Source: Chthoniobacterales bacterium
GTDB taxonomy: Bacteria > Verrucomicrobiota > Verrucomicrobiia > Chthoniobacterales > Chthoniobacteraceae
DNA: 64,000 nucleotides
Reading direction: 5' to 3'
NCBI GenBank assembly: GCA_038207335.1
Contig: JBBQZX010000006.1
Coordinates: 32,001-96,000 of the forward strand
Under the pieces are notes generated by a model. It saw only the letters and a program-made list of their open reading frames with translations, was not told where the DNA came from and ran no database searches. Shown in pieces: positions 19,814-32,400 of the stretch (within the stretch, counting starts at the first letter, position 1; every line of letters begins with the position of its first letter). The translations under genes were made by a program, and so were the position numbers.

Positions 19814-20230
19814 ATGGCGGGCGCGCAAAAATCGATCTTGGTCGTGGATGACGACGTGCTGATCCTGCGTCTGGTGCGCGAGTCGCTGACCGTGATGATG
19901 GACTGCGAGGTGGAGACGACGCCGAGTCCGGAGTATGCGTTCGAGCGGATTTTAAAGCGGCACTACGACCTGTTGATCGTCGATTTTTCGCTCCCGAGAA
20001 TCGATGGCGCCATGCTTTACCTGCTTGTTTCGAAGCTCTTCGCGATCCACCCGCCGGAGGGGCGGCCGTTGCCGCCGCTGCTCCTGATTTCCGGTCACGC
20101 CACAGAGCCTCGCGCGCAGGCACTGCTGCGGGAGCCGGGTGTGCGCGGGCTCGTGGCGAAGCCCTTCACGATCGAGCTGTTGCTCGACCGGGTCAGCGAG
20201 GCACTCCGTCTCGGCGAATCCGCGAGTTAG
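19814..20230 (+). CDS. Single-domain response regulator (CheY-like)
   Basis: ILVVDDD, DLLIVDFSLPRIDG, ISG, AKPF. Confidence 0.9.
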   Translation: MAGAQKSILVVDDDVLILRLVRESLTVMMDCEVETTPSPEYAFERILKRHYDLLIVDFSLPRIDGAMLYLLVSKLFAIHPPEGRPLPPLLLISGHATEPRAQALLREPGVRGLVAKPFTIELLLDRVSEALRLGESAS

Positions 20231-20655
20231 CGCTTTTTGGACTTCGGAGCCGTGCCGCGCTCGGAAGCGATTTGGCGCTCGGCTTCGATCCAGTCCTGAC
20301 TTTCGTCGCCCGCCCGGCCTTCTGCCCGGCGTTTTTCCGAGATGAAATAGGCGCGCATCGCGATGTCGCTGGTAGAAATCGCCGCGACGGTTGCGCCATC
20401 GGAGGAGGGAAATTGGCCATCCGGCTTGGCCGCTGCGCGCGTCTTTATCGGAGTCGCGGGCTCGGCGGCTTTGGTCGCTGTTGGCTTGGCTGGCGGCGTC
20501 ATCGGCGAGGGCGCTTGAGGCACCTCGGCCTTGCGCTGAGGTAAGGGAGTGGCGGCCTTTGGGGCGGCTGGTTTGGGTGCGACGGCCGGCTTGCTGGTGG
20601 ACGCGTTTGCTGGTGCGGGGGCGGCAGCTTTTGGAGTGACGTTCTTTTTAGGCAT
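20227..20655 (-). CDS. DUF2934-domain protein with Pro/Ala/Lys-rich N-terminus
   Basis: IAMRAYFISEKR...G....DWIEAERQI at the C-terminus. Confidence 0.85.
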   Translation of the reverse strand: MPKKNVTPKAAAPAPANASTSKPAVAPKPAAPKAATPLPQRKAEVPQAPSPMTPPAKPTATKAAEPATPIKTRAAAKPDGQFPSSDGATVAAISTSDIAMRAYFISEKRRAEGRAGDESQDWIEAERQIASERGTAPKSKKR

Positions 20656-20814
20656 AATTTCTCTTTTCTAACGAATCTGCGAATGCCCTGGAGGAACGCC
20701 GGTCGCCCAGCAGGAACGGCGGGGAGAATTGCAGATCGAAACGAGGCCGTAAACTCCAAACGTGGGCTCGTCCACACTGATCCCAGCATCGGGGAAGTGC
20801 CCGTCGGTCCGCGC

Positions 20815-20842
20815 TTGACCGCCGCGCGCGGCAATTTAATTT
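20815..20842 (+). promoter_or_regulatory. Candidate sigma70 promoter for the riboswitch-kup transcript
   Basis: TTGACC-16 bp-TAATTT, about 20 bp upstream of the aptamer. Confidence 0.4.
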
Positions 20843-20863
20843 TGCGGAAGTTCTTTGTTTTTC

Positions 20864-21001
20864 ATGCCGAACGCCCGCGCCGATGCGCGAGCGACGGGGG
20901 ACCCAAACACTTTTCCGCGCAAGCGGGAAATCGGGGCGTGCGGTGCCTGCGGGCACCGGGAGCACTTGGTGGCTCCAGCCCGACAGCTAACCTCGCAGGC
21001 C
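20864..21001 (+). ncRNA. c-di-AMP riboswitch (ydaO/yuaA class)
   Basis: Ordered signature segments GCCGAA...ACGGGGGACCCA...TCGGGGCG...CCCGACAGCTAACCTCGCAGGC, directly upstream of a K+ transporter. Confidence 0.88.
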
Positions 21002-21092
21002 CACACCGAGTGCAAGGAAACGGCTCCTTTTTCTCACGAAAAAGCGCGCGTCCCCAGACTCCGAAGGACGCAGCCAGACCGCGCCGCCGCAT

Positions 21093-23027
21093 GTGGCTCG
21101 GTCGCCGACAAACATCACACTGAATACTACCGCACCCGCGCCGGCGCATCCCGCCGCCGCTTCCACGCCGGCTCACGCGAACCGGCCCGGCCTCCTCATC
21201 CTCTCACTCGCCGCGCTCGGCGTCGTCTTTGGCGACATCGGCACGAGTCCGCTCTACGCCATGCGGGAGTGCTTCAATGGCCCGCACGGCATGGCGCCGA
21301 CACACGCCAATATCTTTGGCGTCCTGTCGCTCATTTTCTGGGCGCTCATTGTCGTCATTTCGGTGAAATATCTCGTCTTCATCCTGCGCGCGGACAATCG
21401 CGGGGAAGGCGGCATCCTCGCGCTCTCCGCGCTTGCTGGGCGCGTGAAGCCGAGCCACTGGCTCGCGATGTGCGGACTCTTCGGCGCGGCGCTGTTGTAC
21501 TCCGACGGCATGATCACGCCGGCCATCACCGTGCTCGGCGCGGTCGAGGGTCTCGAGATCGCCACGCCGCGCCTCCAGCCATTCGTGCAGCCGATCACCA
21601 TCGTCATTCTCATCGGCATCTTCCTCGTGCAAAGCCGTGGCACGGCGAAAATCGGCGCTCTTTTCGGGCCGGTCACGCTGCTGTGGTTCATCGTCATCAG
21701 TGCTCTCGGCATCGTGGAAATCGCGCACACTCCGGCGATCCTCGGCGCGCTCAGCCCGCATCACGCGGTCGCCTTTTTCCTCCATCACGGCTGGTCCGGC
21801 TTCCTGGTGCTCGGCGCGGTTTTCCTCGTCGTCACCGGAGGGGAGGCGCTTTACGCCGACATCGGCCACTTCGGCATCCGCCCCATCCGGCTCGTCTGGT
21901 TTTCGCTCGTGCTGCCGTCGCTCGTGCTGAATTACCTCGGCCAGGGCGCACTTCTCTTGCGCAATCCCGCGGCGACCGAAAACCCGTTCTACGCCCTCGC
22001 GCCGTCGTGGGCGCTCTACCCGGTCGTCGGCCTCGCCGCGTGCGCCGCAGTCATCGCGTCGCAGGCGCTCATCACCGGCGCATTTTCGCTCACGATGCAG
22101 GCCGTGCAGATGGGCTACAGCCCGCGCCTCACGATCCGCCACACCTCCGCGAGCACGATGGGCCAAATCTACCTGCCGCTCGTGAATTGGGCGCTCATGT
22201 TCTCCTGCATCGCGCTCGTCCTCGCCTTCAAATCCTCCAGCAATCTCGCCGCCGCGTACGGCGTGTCGATCACGAGCACCATGCTCATCACGACCATGCT
22301 CTTCTACGTCGTCGCCCGCTGGCAGTGGAAATGGCACCCGCTCGCCGCGGCCGCGGTCACCGCTGGATTCCTCTTCATCGACATCGCATTTCTCTTTTCA
22401 AATCTCGCGAAAATCCTGCACGGCGGCTGGTTCCCGCTGCTCGTGGCTGCGGTTATCTTCGCGCTCTTCTGCACCTGGCAGCGCGGCCGTGAGGCGCTCG
22501 CTGCGCGGATGAAAAAGCAGGCGCTTCCCCTTGCCGATCTCCTCGCCGATCTCCGCGACCACTCTCCGCACCGCGTGCGCGGCACCGCGTTTTTCATGTC
22601 GGGAAATCCCAACGGCACCCCTGTCGCGCTGCTGCACAATCTCAAGCACAACCAAGTCCTCCACGAGCGCGTCGTCATCCTTTGCGTCCGCACCGACGAG
22701 TCGCCGCACGTCCCGCTCGCCGACCGTGTGAGCATCGACTGCCTCGACCTCGGCTTCTGGCGCATGACGTTGCGATTCGGCTTCATGGACGAGCCCGACG
22801 TGCCCGCCTCGCTCGAGCATATCTCGTGTCCCGAGTTCGCATTCGAGCCGATGAAAAGCAGCTTCTTCCTCGGGCGCGAAACCATCCTCGCCTCGCACAA
22901 GCGCGGCCTCTGGAGCTGGCGCGAAACGCTGTTCGCGTGGATGTCGCAAAATGCACGCGACGCCACTTCCTTCTTCCGTCTCCCTCCAAATCGCGTCGTC
23001 GAGCTCGGCTCGCGAGTCGTGATCTAA
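21093..23027 (+). CDS. kup: Potassium transporter Kup (KUP/HAK/KT)
   Basis: LGVVFGDIGTSPLYA, RADNRGEGG, DGMITPAITVL, TGGEALYADIGHFG, GQIYLP, LPPNRVVELG. Exact start uncertain. Confidence 0.97.
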   Translation: MARSPTNITLNTTAPAPAHPAAASTPAHANRPGLLILSLAALGVVFGDIGTSPLYAMRECFNGPHGMAPTHANIFGVLSLIFWALIVVISVKYLVFILRADNRGEGGILALSALAGRVKPSHWLAMCGLFGAALLYSDGMITPAITVLGAVEGLEIATPRLQPFVQPITIVILIGIFLVQSRGTAKIGALFGPVTLLWFIVISALGIVEIAHTPAILGALSPHHAVAFFLHHGWSGFLVLGAVFLVVTGGEALYADIGHFGIRPIRLVWFSLVLPSLVLNYLGQGALLLRNPAATENPFYALAPSWALYPVVGLAACAAVIASQALITGAFSLTMQAVQMGYSPRLTIRHTSASTMGQIYLPLVNWALMFSCIALVLAFKSSSNLAAAYGVSITSTMLITTMLFYVVARWQWKWHPLAAAAVTAGFLFIDIAFLFSNLAKILHGGWFPLLVAAVIFALFCTWQRGREALAARMKKQALPLADLLADLRDHSPHRVRGTAFFMSGNPNGTPVALLHNLKHNQVLHERVVILCVRTDESPHVPLADRVSIDCLDLGFWRMTLRFGFMDEPDVPASLEHISCPEFAFEPMKSSFFLGRETILASHKRGLWSWRETLFAWMSQNARDATSFFRLPPNRVVELGSRVVI

Positions 23028-23159
23028 GTGAAGATCGCGAAGCGGGACATTCCTTGAAGCCTGCTAAGTTTTCACGGGGCTCGCGATTTTGGTACGCACT
23101 CGTATCATTGCGCCCGCTTCGCGACTCGCCGATGTTCGCGGGGTTCACGTTTTTGCTTC

Positions 23160-24254
23160 ATGAAAAAATTTGCGGTCATCTTCCTCCTCCTCGCTCTCGC
23201 CGGCGGTGGGTATTGGTATTTTAAAAAGGACCAGCTGGCGGTTGGGAAAATGGGCGCTCCAACCTCTGCGGCTCAGCTTGTGGCAAAGGCGGAGAAGCGA
23301 GACATCGATTTCACCGTCGAGATCAGCGGCGATGTGACGCCTGCGTTTCAGCTTGAGGTAAAGGCGGAGGTCGGCGGGAAATTGAAGGCGCTGCACGTCG
23401 AGCCGGGCGCGGTCGTGAAAGAAGGGGATGTGCTCGCGGAAATCGACGACCGCGATCTTCTCACGGAGCGGGACAATGCGCTCACCGAGATCGACGGCGC
23501 GAAGCTGTCGTTGGACAAGGACAAGCGCAATTTTGACCGCGGCAGGGAGCTCTTCGATGCGAAGCTCATCAGCCGTGAGGTCTTCGACAACTTGGGATCG
23601 GCGGCCGCCATCGCGGAAAACACGCTGACCAAAGCGCAGCGCAAATTGCAGATCGTGGACGACAAGCTTTTGAAGACCAAAGTCCTAGCGCCGAATGGCG
23701 GGACGGTGCTGACGGTTCCAGTGATCGAGGGTCAGGTGGTGATCGCCGCCGCGAGCGTGAATAGCGGCACGACGCTGATGACTTTGGCGAATCTGACGAA
23801 GCTGCTCGTCGCGACGCATATCAACCAGGTCGATGTCGCGCGGCTCGAGCTCAATCAGCCTGTGAAGCTGCGCGCCGAGTCACTGAAGGATGCCGATCTT
23901 CAAGCGAGAATTTCCTTCATCGCGCCGATCGCGACGGTGAAAAACGCGGTGAAGGGCTTTGAGGTGCAGGCGCTCATCGAGAAGTCTGATCCGCGTCTGC
24001 GTCCCGGCATGACGGTAAATATTTCCGTCCCGATCGCGCGTGCCGACAACGCGGTATCCGTCCCGATTTCCGCGGTCTTCAAAGGCGAGGGGAGAACGAA
24101 AGTCGTTTATGTCCGCAACGGCGAGGCGACCGAAAAACGCGAGGTGAAAATAGGCGTCACGAATATCGACTACGCGCAAATCCTGAACGGCCTCGCCGAG
24201 GGTGAAGACGTGTTGCTGGTGGAGCCGGATCGCACCCCGGCAAAGAAATCGTGA
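23160..24254 (+). CDS. Efflux periplasmic adaptor / membrane-fusion protein (MacA-like)
   Basis: N-terminal anchor, lipoyl halves (VKAEVGGKLKALHVEPG; APNGGTVL), LRPGMTVN, GLAEGEDV. Confidence 0.92.
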   Translation: MKKFAVIFLLLALAGGGYWYFKKDQLAVGKMGAPTSAAQLVAKAEKRDIDFTVEISGDVTPAFQLEVKAEVGGKLKALHVEPGAVVKEGDVLAEIDDRDLLTERDNALTEIDGAKLSLDKDKRNFDRGRELFDAKLISREVFDNLGSAAAIAENTLTKAQRKLQIVDDKLLKTKVLAPNGGTVLTVPVIEGQVVIAAASVNSGTTLMTLANLTKLLVATHINQVDVARLELNQPVKLRAESLKDADLQARISFIAPIATVKNAVKGFEVQALIEKSDPRLRPGMTVNISVPIARADNAVSVPISAVFKGEGRTKVVYVRNGEATEKREVKIGVTNIDYAQILNGLAEGEDVLLVEPDRTPAKKS

Positions 24255-24266
24255 GGCGCTAGCACG

Positions 24267-24962
24267 ATGGCGCTCATCGAGCTTAAAAACGTCGTCAAGC
24301 GGTACCGCGTCGGCGAACAGGAAATTCTAGCACTCGACGGGATTGATCTCGAGATCGCGCAGGGCGAATACGCGTCGATCATCGGGCCAAGCGGCAGTGG
24401 AAAATCGACTCTCATGCACCTGCTTGGCTGTCTCGATACGCCGACCTCCGGCACCATGCATATCGACGGCGTGGACGTGAGCCGGGCGGGCTCGAACAAG
24501 CTCAGTGAGATGCGGAACCAGAAGATCGGGTTCGTGTTCCAGTCATTCAATTTGCTCGGCAAATTCACCGTCCTGCAAAACGTCGAACTGCCGATGATCT
24601 ACGCTGGTGTTAGCGCAAAGGAGCGCCGCGAACGGGCACTCGACGCCATTGAGCGAGTCGGCCTCACGAACCGCGTCAAGAACACACCGCTCCAGCTCAG
24701 TGGCGGGCAGATGCAGCGCGTCGCGATTGCCCGCGCACTCGTGAACCGCCCGCGCATCGTTTTTGCCGACGAACCAACCGGCAACCTCGACTCGAAAACC
24801 GGCGCCACGATCCTCGAGCTTTTCCGTGAAATTAGCGAGCAAGGCAGCACGATCGTCCTCGTCACGCACGACAGCAAAATCGCCGCGCAGACTCCTAGGC
24901 GCATCGAGATTAAAGACGGGAAGATAGTGACCGAGTCGGCAGAAATGGAGGTCACGGCATGA
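24267..24962 (+). CDS. ABC transporter ATP-binding protein (MacB/LolD-like)
   Basis: [37 protein letters not shown]. Confidence 0.96.
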   Translation: MALIELKNVVKRYRVGEQEILALDGIDLEIAQGEYASIIGPSGSGKSTLMHLLGCLDTPTSGTMHIDGVDVSRAGSNKLSEMRNQKIGFVFQSFNLLGKFTVLQNVELPMIYAGVSAKERRERALDAIERVGLTNRVKNTPLQLSGGQMQRVAIARALVNRPRIVFADEPTGNLDSKTGATILELFREISEQGSTIVLVTHDSKIAAQTPRRIEIKDGKIVTESAEMEVTA

Positions 24963-26290
24963 ACCTCTGGCTCGGTCTTCTCATCGGGATCAAAGAAATT
25001 TGGGCGCATAAATTTCGCAGCTTCCTCACGATGCTCGGGGTCATCCTCGGCGTCGCGTCGCTGCTGAGCATGTTCGCTTTGACGGCTGGAATCGCGAAGG
25101 GGATGCGCGAGTACATGCAGCAAATCGGCGGCATTGAGCGCGTCGGGATCATCACGCAGGATGTGCCACAGGATCAGGAGGGATTCTCCGAAATCTCGCA
25201 GGGACGCACGGTCGCGGATGCGGAGGCGATCGCCACCTGCTGGCCGGCAGTGTCGTACGTCACGCCGGTTTCCGAGCTCGGCACGGCGGCGCTCACGCGC
25301 GGAAACCAGACTTTTCGCACAAGCGTCGCCGGGGGCTGGCCGGACTACGTGCCGATCAACAAGCACGAGATCGCACATGGGCGGAACATCACTTTTCTCG
25401 ACGTGGAGCAGGCACGGCACGTCTGCGTGATCGGCAATCTCACGACGCAAAAACTGTGGCCCGAGAAAAAGGATTTCGACCCCGTCGGCGAGACAATCTC
25501 GATCAATGGCAGCCCGTTCGTCGTCGTCGGGCAGTTCACATTTTACGAGCGCGAGGAGGACAAGCGGCGGCGCGAACTCGGCCTGAACAGCGCGCCGTCG
25601 AAAAGCGGTCGCTCGCGCGGCAAGGGCTGGTCGCCCTTCGAGCGCAAGAACAGCACCGTGCTCATCCCGATCACCACGATGTTCTACGATTTCAAAAGCA
25701 CGACGATGGTCGGCAAAGAGGACGGCGGGCCGAATTACAAACTAGACCAACTCTCCTTCCAAGTCGCCAACACCGACAAGATCGAGGAGACGCTCGAGCG
25801 CGTGCACGACGCCGTGAGCGTGACACACCGCGGCATTGAGGATTTCGGCTTCGACACGCGGCAGGAATGGGCCGACGCGATCGAGCAAAACATCCGCAAC
25901 ACGCGCATGAGCGGCGGCATCATCGCGGGCATCTCGCTGCTCGTCGGCGGCTTCGGCATCTCGAATATCTTGCTGGCGTCGATCTCGGAGCGCATCCGCG
26001 AGATCGGAGTCCGGCGCGCTGTCGGGGCGAAAGGGCGCGACATCTTCGTGCAAATCATCGTCGAGAGCGCCGTGATCGGCTTCATCGGCGGAGTGCTCGG
26101 GCTCTTCGCAAGCTTTGGCGTCATGCAGATTCTCGTATCCATTTCGCCGGCGGAAAACGCGCCCATCGTCGAGCTCTCGAGCGTGCTCGTGAGCTTTAGC
26201 TTTGCACTCATCATCGGCGTCGTAAGCGGCCTCTACCCCGCGTGGAAAGCCAGCCACCTCGACCCGATCGAAGCGCTGCGCTACGGGTAG
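24959..26290 (+). CDS. ABC transporter permease (MacB/FtsX-like)
   Basis: [44 protein letters not shown]. Confidence 0.95.
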   Translation: MNLWLGLLIGIKEIWAHKFRSFLTMLGVILGVASLLSMFALTAGIAKGMREYMQQIGGIERVGIITQDVPQDQEGFSEISQGRTVADAEAIATCWPAVSYVTPVSELGTAALTRGNQTFRTSVAGGWPDYVPINKHEIAHGRNITFLDVEQARHVCVIGNLTTQKLWPEKKDFDPVGETISINGSPFVVVGQFTFYEREEDKRRRELGLNSAPSKSGRSRGKGWSPFERKNSTVLIPITTMFYDFKSTTMVGKEDGGPNYKLDQLSFQVANTDKIEETLERVHDAVSVTHRGIEDFGFDTRQEWADAIEQNIRNTRMSGGIIAGISLLVGGFGISNILLASISERIREIGVRRAVGAKGRDIFVQIIVESAVIGFIGGVLGLFASFGVMQILVSISPAENAPIVELSSVLVSFSFALIIGVVSGLYPAWKASHLDPIEALRYG

Positions 26291-26420
26291 CGCTCGCGAG
26301 GAACGGAAAAAGGAAGCCGCTGCGCATGCCGCCGGTTGCGATTTTTTGCTGAAGTCGTAGGCTCGCAACACACTCCCCACTCGCGACTTCGCAACCGCAA
26401 GTCGCTCCCCCTCCACGCCA

Positions 26421-29400
26421 ATGTTTCCCAAACGCCTCCCGCTTGCCATCGTCGGCCTTTTCCTTGCGCTCGTCACTGCGGCGCTCGCCGCTCCGACGGT
26501 TGTAACGATCAATCCCGCGCCCGGGACAGTCAGTTCGCTGACTCAAATCGGCGTGACATTTAGCGAAGCCGTCGCGGGCGTCGATGCGAACGACCTCCTC
26601 ATCAACAATGAGGCGGCGTTCGGTCTCACCGGTTCGGGTGCGGGGCCTTACACGTTCACCTTCACGCAGCCGCTCCCCGGCGCGGTGAATATCACATGGG
26701 ATTTCGACCACGGCATCAGCGGGATCGGAACGGGTGCATTTATCCGAAATACGTGGAGCTACACGCTGCTCGACACGCTGCCGCCGACGATCGCTCAGGT
26801 TAAAACGTCGGTCGCGGGTCAGGAGCAGTTGGCGATCGCGCCGCTGCCAGGCTCGGTCGTCGGTGTGCTAACAAGCGTGGAAGTGACATTCAGCGAACCG
26901 GTCGTGGGCGTGGATGCTGGGGATTTGAAAGTGAATGGTGCGGCGACTGCGACGGCGCTCTCCGGGAGCGGTGCGGGGCCGTATGTATTCACGATCCCGC
27001 AACCGGCGACGGGCGCGGTCACTTTTTCGTGGACGACGGGGCACGGGATCACGGATGTCTCGCCGGCGGCAAATGAGTTCGCGGGCGGTTCATGGAGTTT
27101 GACCGTGAACGCGGGCGGCGCTGGCGCGCTGACGATCAACGAATTTCTCGCGGCAAATGCGACGAGCATCGCCGACGAGAATGGCGATCAGAATGACTGG
27201 ATCGAAATTTACAATCCGGGCGCGTCGGCAGTGAACCTCGCGGGCTGGAGTTTGACAACCGATCCCGACCAGCCGGCGGGATGGATTTTCCCAAGCAGGA
27301 CCATCGCAGCCGGCGGCTACCTCGTAGTTTTCGCGTCGGCCAAAGACCGAAAGCCGGCGAGCGGGAATCTGCACGCGAACTTCAAACTGAACGAAACCGG
27401 CGGCTACCTCGCACTGATGTCGCCAGATTCTCCGCGCGCGGTCGCGACGAAATTCGACCCATATCCCGTCCAGCGCTACGACTTCAGCTACGGTCCGCAG
27501 ACCGGTGGGGCGCTTCGATATTTCGCGCGTCCGCTGCCCGTGACGAACTCCGACACGCGACCCGGCACGGCCAATGGCACGAGCGCGCTCACTGGCGTAA
27601 CGCCGAAGCCCGCCGTCTCGACCGCGCGCGGTTTTTTCAAGGATCCCTTTTCCCTCCTCCTGAGCTGCACGGACTCGGCGGCGACGATCCGCTACACGCT
27701 CGACGGCAGCGACGTGACTCTCACGAGCCCGACTTACTCCGCGCCTCTGGCGATCAGCGCAACCACCCTGCTGCGCATCGCGGCGTTCGGCGCGAACGCG
27801 ATCCCTAGCGCGACGGTGACGCACAGTTACTTGTTCCTCGACAAGGTTTTCGATCAAACGAGCCCGCCGTACGACAATCCGGCTCGGTCCGACGACAACT
27901 CGAATCCGCAACCGCCGAGCGTCGGCGGCGTCCCGTTACCGGTCGCGTGGGGGACCAACGGGGCAATGACTTTCCCGGCGGTGCAAATCACGAATCTCAA
28001 CAACAATCAGGTGCCAGCGGACTACGGGATGGACCCGGAGATTTACTCTGACGCGACGAAGTACGATGACACCGGCGCAGTGAACAACGCGACGGGGAAA
28101 ACGAACATGGAACGGATTAAGCAGGGGCTTCGCGACCTGCCGATGATCTCGGTCGTTTTGAAATCCGACGACATGTGGGGACCAGCCGGGATGTATTCGA
28201 ATTCGACGGTGAAAGGCTCGCAATTCGAGAAAGCGTGTTCGATCGAAATGGTGCTCCCGGACGGCTCGACGGCGTTCGCGACGACGTGCGGGATTCGCAT
28301 TCACGGGAATTCGAGCCGCAATCCGCAGAATGACGCAAAGCACGGCTTCAATCTGAATTTCAAAGGCGACTACGGTTCCGCGAGCCTCGACTACCAGCTC
28401 TTCCCGGACTCGCCGGCGAAGAAGCTCGACGACTTGGTTTTGCGCGGGGATTACAACTCAAGCTGGCTTCACTGGGACGGAACCACTGGGATCAATGGCC
28501 AGCGGATTCGCGCGAATCGGCTGCGGGACGCGTACTGCAAAGACACCTTCCGCGCGATGAGCGGGCTCGCGAGCCACAACCGCTACGTCAACCTTTTCAT
28601 CAACGGGGTTTATTGGGGAACCTACGACCCGACGGAGAAGGAATCCGACTCCTTTGCCGCCAACTATCTCGGCGGCGACAAAAGCGATTACGACGTTTAC
28701 GAGCAGGGTCTTTTGAAGGCCGGCACGACGACGGCTTACACCGCGATGACGTCGATCGCGTCGCCGATCGACAACACGAAATACGAGCTGATGAAGCAGT
28801 ATCTCGATATTCCGGAGTTCGTTGATTACATGCTGTTCCACTTCTGGACCGGGCATCAGGACTGGGGCGACGATCCGAGCAAGAATTGGTACGCAGTGCG
28901 AAACCGAACGAAAAATGGGACCTTCAAATACCTGCCTTGGGACCAAGAAAATCTGCTGTGGGATCCGGCGGTGGACCGTACGGGCGTCCCATCTCCGCCG
29001 TCTGGGTTGCATCCAAAACTCGTGACGAATGCGCAGTACCAGCTTGATTTCGCCGACCGCGTGCATCGCCATCTCGTCGCGCTCGACGGCGCACTGCAGC
29101 CGGTGGCGAGCACCGCGCGTTTTAATAAATGGAAGTCCGTGTTGACCAATGCGATCGCGGGCGAATCGGCGCGGTGGGGCGATTACCGACGTGACGTGCA
29201 TCAGTACAGCTCCGCGACCTACCCGCTCTACACTTGGAATGGCCACTGGATCGCGGAATGCAATCGCCTCACGAGCACTTACTTCCCCGTTCGCACGACC
29301 AACGTCCTCGCGCAGCTCCGCGCTCGCTCGCTCTACCCCACGCTCAATGCCGTGCAATATGCGAATAACGCGAACGGCACCGTGCTCGCGAGCCAACGCG

Positions 29401-32400
29401 TGACGGCTGGATTTCTACTGAAAATGCAGCTCACCACGCCTACACCGAGCGGCACCACGAGCGCGGGCACGATCTATTTTACGACCGACAGCAGCGACCC
29501 GCGCGTGACTTACACCGGCGCGGTGGCGACCCCGGCGAATGGTGGCACCGCGCAGATTTACACTGCGCCACGGACGATCAATGCTACGACGATTTTCAAA
29601 TCGCGGGCGCTCAACGGCGCGGTTTGGAGCGCGCTGAACGAAGCGACTTTCACCGTCGGCTCGACCGCCTCCGCGGTGCGCATCACGGAGATCATGTACA
29701 ATCCGAGCGTCGCGAATGGCGGAACGTCGGCGGAATTCATCGAACTCCAAAATACGGGCACGACTCCGGCGGATCTCAGCGGCTGGTCGATGGCGGGCGT
29801 CGATTTCATCTTTCCGGTCGGCTTCACGCTCGGTGCCGGGAGCCGCATCGTGCTGGCGAATAGCAACGCGCCTGCGACTTTCGCGACGCAATATCTAGGC
29901 GTTGCCGTCGCTGGATATTTCGGCAGCTCGCTGAGCAACAGCGGCGAGCGGCTCGCGCTGTTGGATGCCACTGGCGCTGCGGTCGTCGCGGTGAATTACA
30001 GCGCCACCGGCGGCTGGCCGGCGCGCGCAAACGGGCAGGGTTATTCGCTCGAAATCATCGATTCGAACGGCAATCCCGACGACCCCGCTAACTGGCAGGC
30101 GAGCGCGGTGGAGAAAGGCACGCCGGGCCAGGAGAACAGCACGCCAGTCACTGCGGGAGTCGAGTTCAGCGAGGTCATGGCAGAGAACGCGAGCGTCCCC
30201 GTGGCAGGTGTCGTCGCAGACTACGTCGAGCTGCGAAATTCGACGGGTGCGGCGATTTCGCTCGCGGGTTGGAGCCTGAGTAACGACGGGAATCCGCAGA
30301 AATTTGTCTTTCCCGCCGGCACAAGCGTCGCGCCGAATGGATACATCTCGGTGCTCTGCGACACGGGCAGCGGCGGCGCCCTTTTGCACGCGGGCTTTAC
30401 GCTTAATGGCGGGCCGGCAGGCGACAAAGTGCAACTCTACAACGCCAGTGGCGCGCGCGTGGACGGCGTGAGCTGGGGAAATCAAATCGCTGACCTAACG
30501 ATCGGGAAAGTGAGCGGTGCGTGGGTCCTCTCGACGCCTACCCCGGGCGCGGCGAACACGGCTGCGGCGACCGCTTCGGCAACTGGAAATCTCGTCGTGA
30601 ACGAGTGGCTGGCGAATCCGAATCCTGGCAGCGTGAGCTGGCTCGAAATCTATAACAAAAGCGCCACGGCGCCGGTTGCGTTGAAGGGATTGTATGTCCA
30701 GACGAGCGCGCAGCTTTTCCAGATCACGACGCTCGCGTTCGTTCCGGCGAATGGCTGGCTCCAGCTTTTCTCCGACGAACTTCCCGGCGTGAATCACGTC
30801 GATTTCACGCTCCCCGCGAGCGGCACGACGCTGTCGCTGCTGGACTCCGTGGGCGCTTCGCTTGATTCCGTCACATTCGGCGCGCAAGCGCAGGGCGTCT
30901 CGCAGGGGCGAAATCCCGACGGCTCCGCGACCATCGTGACTTTCACCGGCAGCCCGAGTCCTGGCGCGGCGAACTACGTCTCTAACTGGACCGGACCCGT
31001 GCTCAACGAAGCGCTAGCGATCAATGTGGCGAGTGCGCTTTCGCCCGGGGGTACTCACGCGACATGGCTGGAAATCTACAATCCGACTGCGAGCAGCTTC
31101 CCGCTAGGCGGTATGAAGCTCGGAGTGGTAAACGACTTTTCGTCCGCTTGGACGATTCCTGCGGGGACTAGCGTCGCCGCAGGCTCTTACCTCGTGATTT
31201 GGTGCGACGCCTCGCAGCCTCCGAGCACGATCGCTGGCCCCGACCTAAACACGGGCGTTCCGCTCTCCGGAACGAGTGGCGGTGCGTATTTGTTCACTTC
31301 GAACGGCCAACTGGTGAACCAAGTCGAGTGGGGTTTTCAAATCACCGACCGCTCGATCGGGCTCGATGCTGGGACGTGGAAACTGCTCGCGACCCCGACT
31401 CTCGGCACCGCGAACTCCGCGGCCGGGGCGCTAGGCGCGGTGACGAATCTACGGATCAACGAATGGATGGCAGCACCGAGCAGCGGCACGGATTGGTTCG
31501 AGCTCTACAACCTCGCGACGAGTCCCGTGGCGATGGATGGACTCTATCTTTCCGACGATCCGAGCGAACTCGGGCGGACGAAATTCAAAGTGCCGCAACT
31601 GAGTTTCATCGCCGCGAACGGCTGGGTGCGGTGGCGGGCTGACAGCACCCCGGAACTCGGGCGCAACCACGTCAATTTCAGCCTCGATTCCAACGCCGAG
31701 ACGATCCGCATCTCAAACAATGACGCCGCTTTCACGGCGATCGACATCGTGACTTTCGGGCTGCAAACCACCGGCGTCAGCCAGGGGCGCATCCCGGATG
31801 GGGCGGCGAATATCGTCTTCATGCCAGGGTCGCCGACGCCCGCCGCGAAAAACGTGCTGCTGCCTGCTCCGACATTCAGCGCGCATCCGGCGGGGCAGAC
31901 GCTGTCGCAGGGGACGAATGTGACATTCACCGCAGCCGCGAGCGGATCGGCACCGCTGACGCTCCAATGGAAATTCAACGGCGCGGATATTTCTGGCGCG
32001 ACCGGCACGACGCTGAACGTGAACGGCGTCATGCCCGCCAATGACGGCAACTACACGCTCGTCGCGACGAACACGGCAGGCGTCGTTTCGAGCAACGTCG
32101 CGAAACTCTTGGTGACGCAGAATTTCTCGCAATGGGCCACAACTCAGGGCCTCACGGGCAACAACGCGCTGCCCGGTGCCGACCCCGATGGCGATGGGAT
32201 CACGAACATTCAGGAGCTGTTCCATCACCTGAATCCAAACGCCGAGGCGGGCGCCTCGGACATGGACGCGCTGCCGAAAGTCGGCGTCGAGCCCGCGACC
32301 GGCACACCTCAATACCTCACGCTCACCTATCGTACCAACCCGCGCGCGACCTTCATGCTCGTAGAGCACCAAATCTCCGCCACGCTCGGCAGTGGCACAT

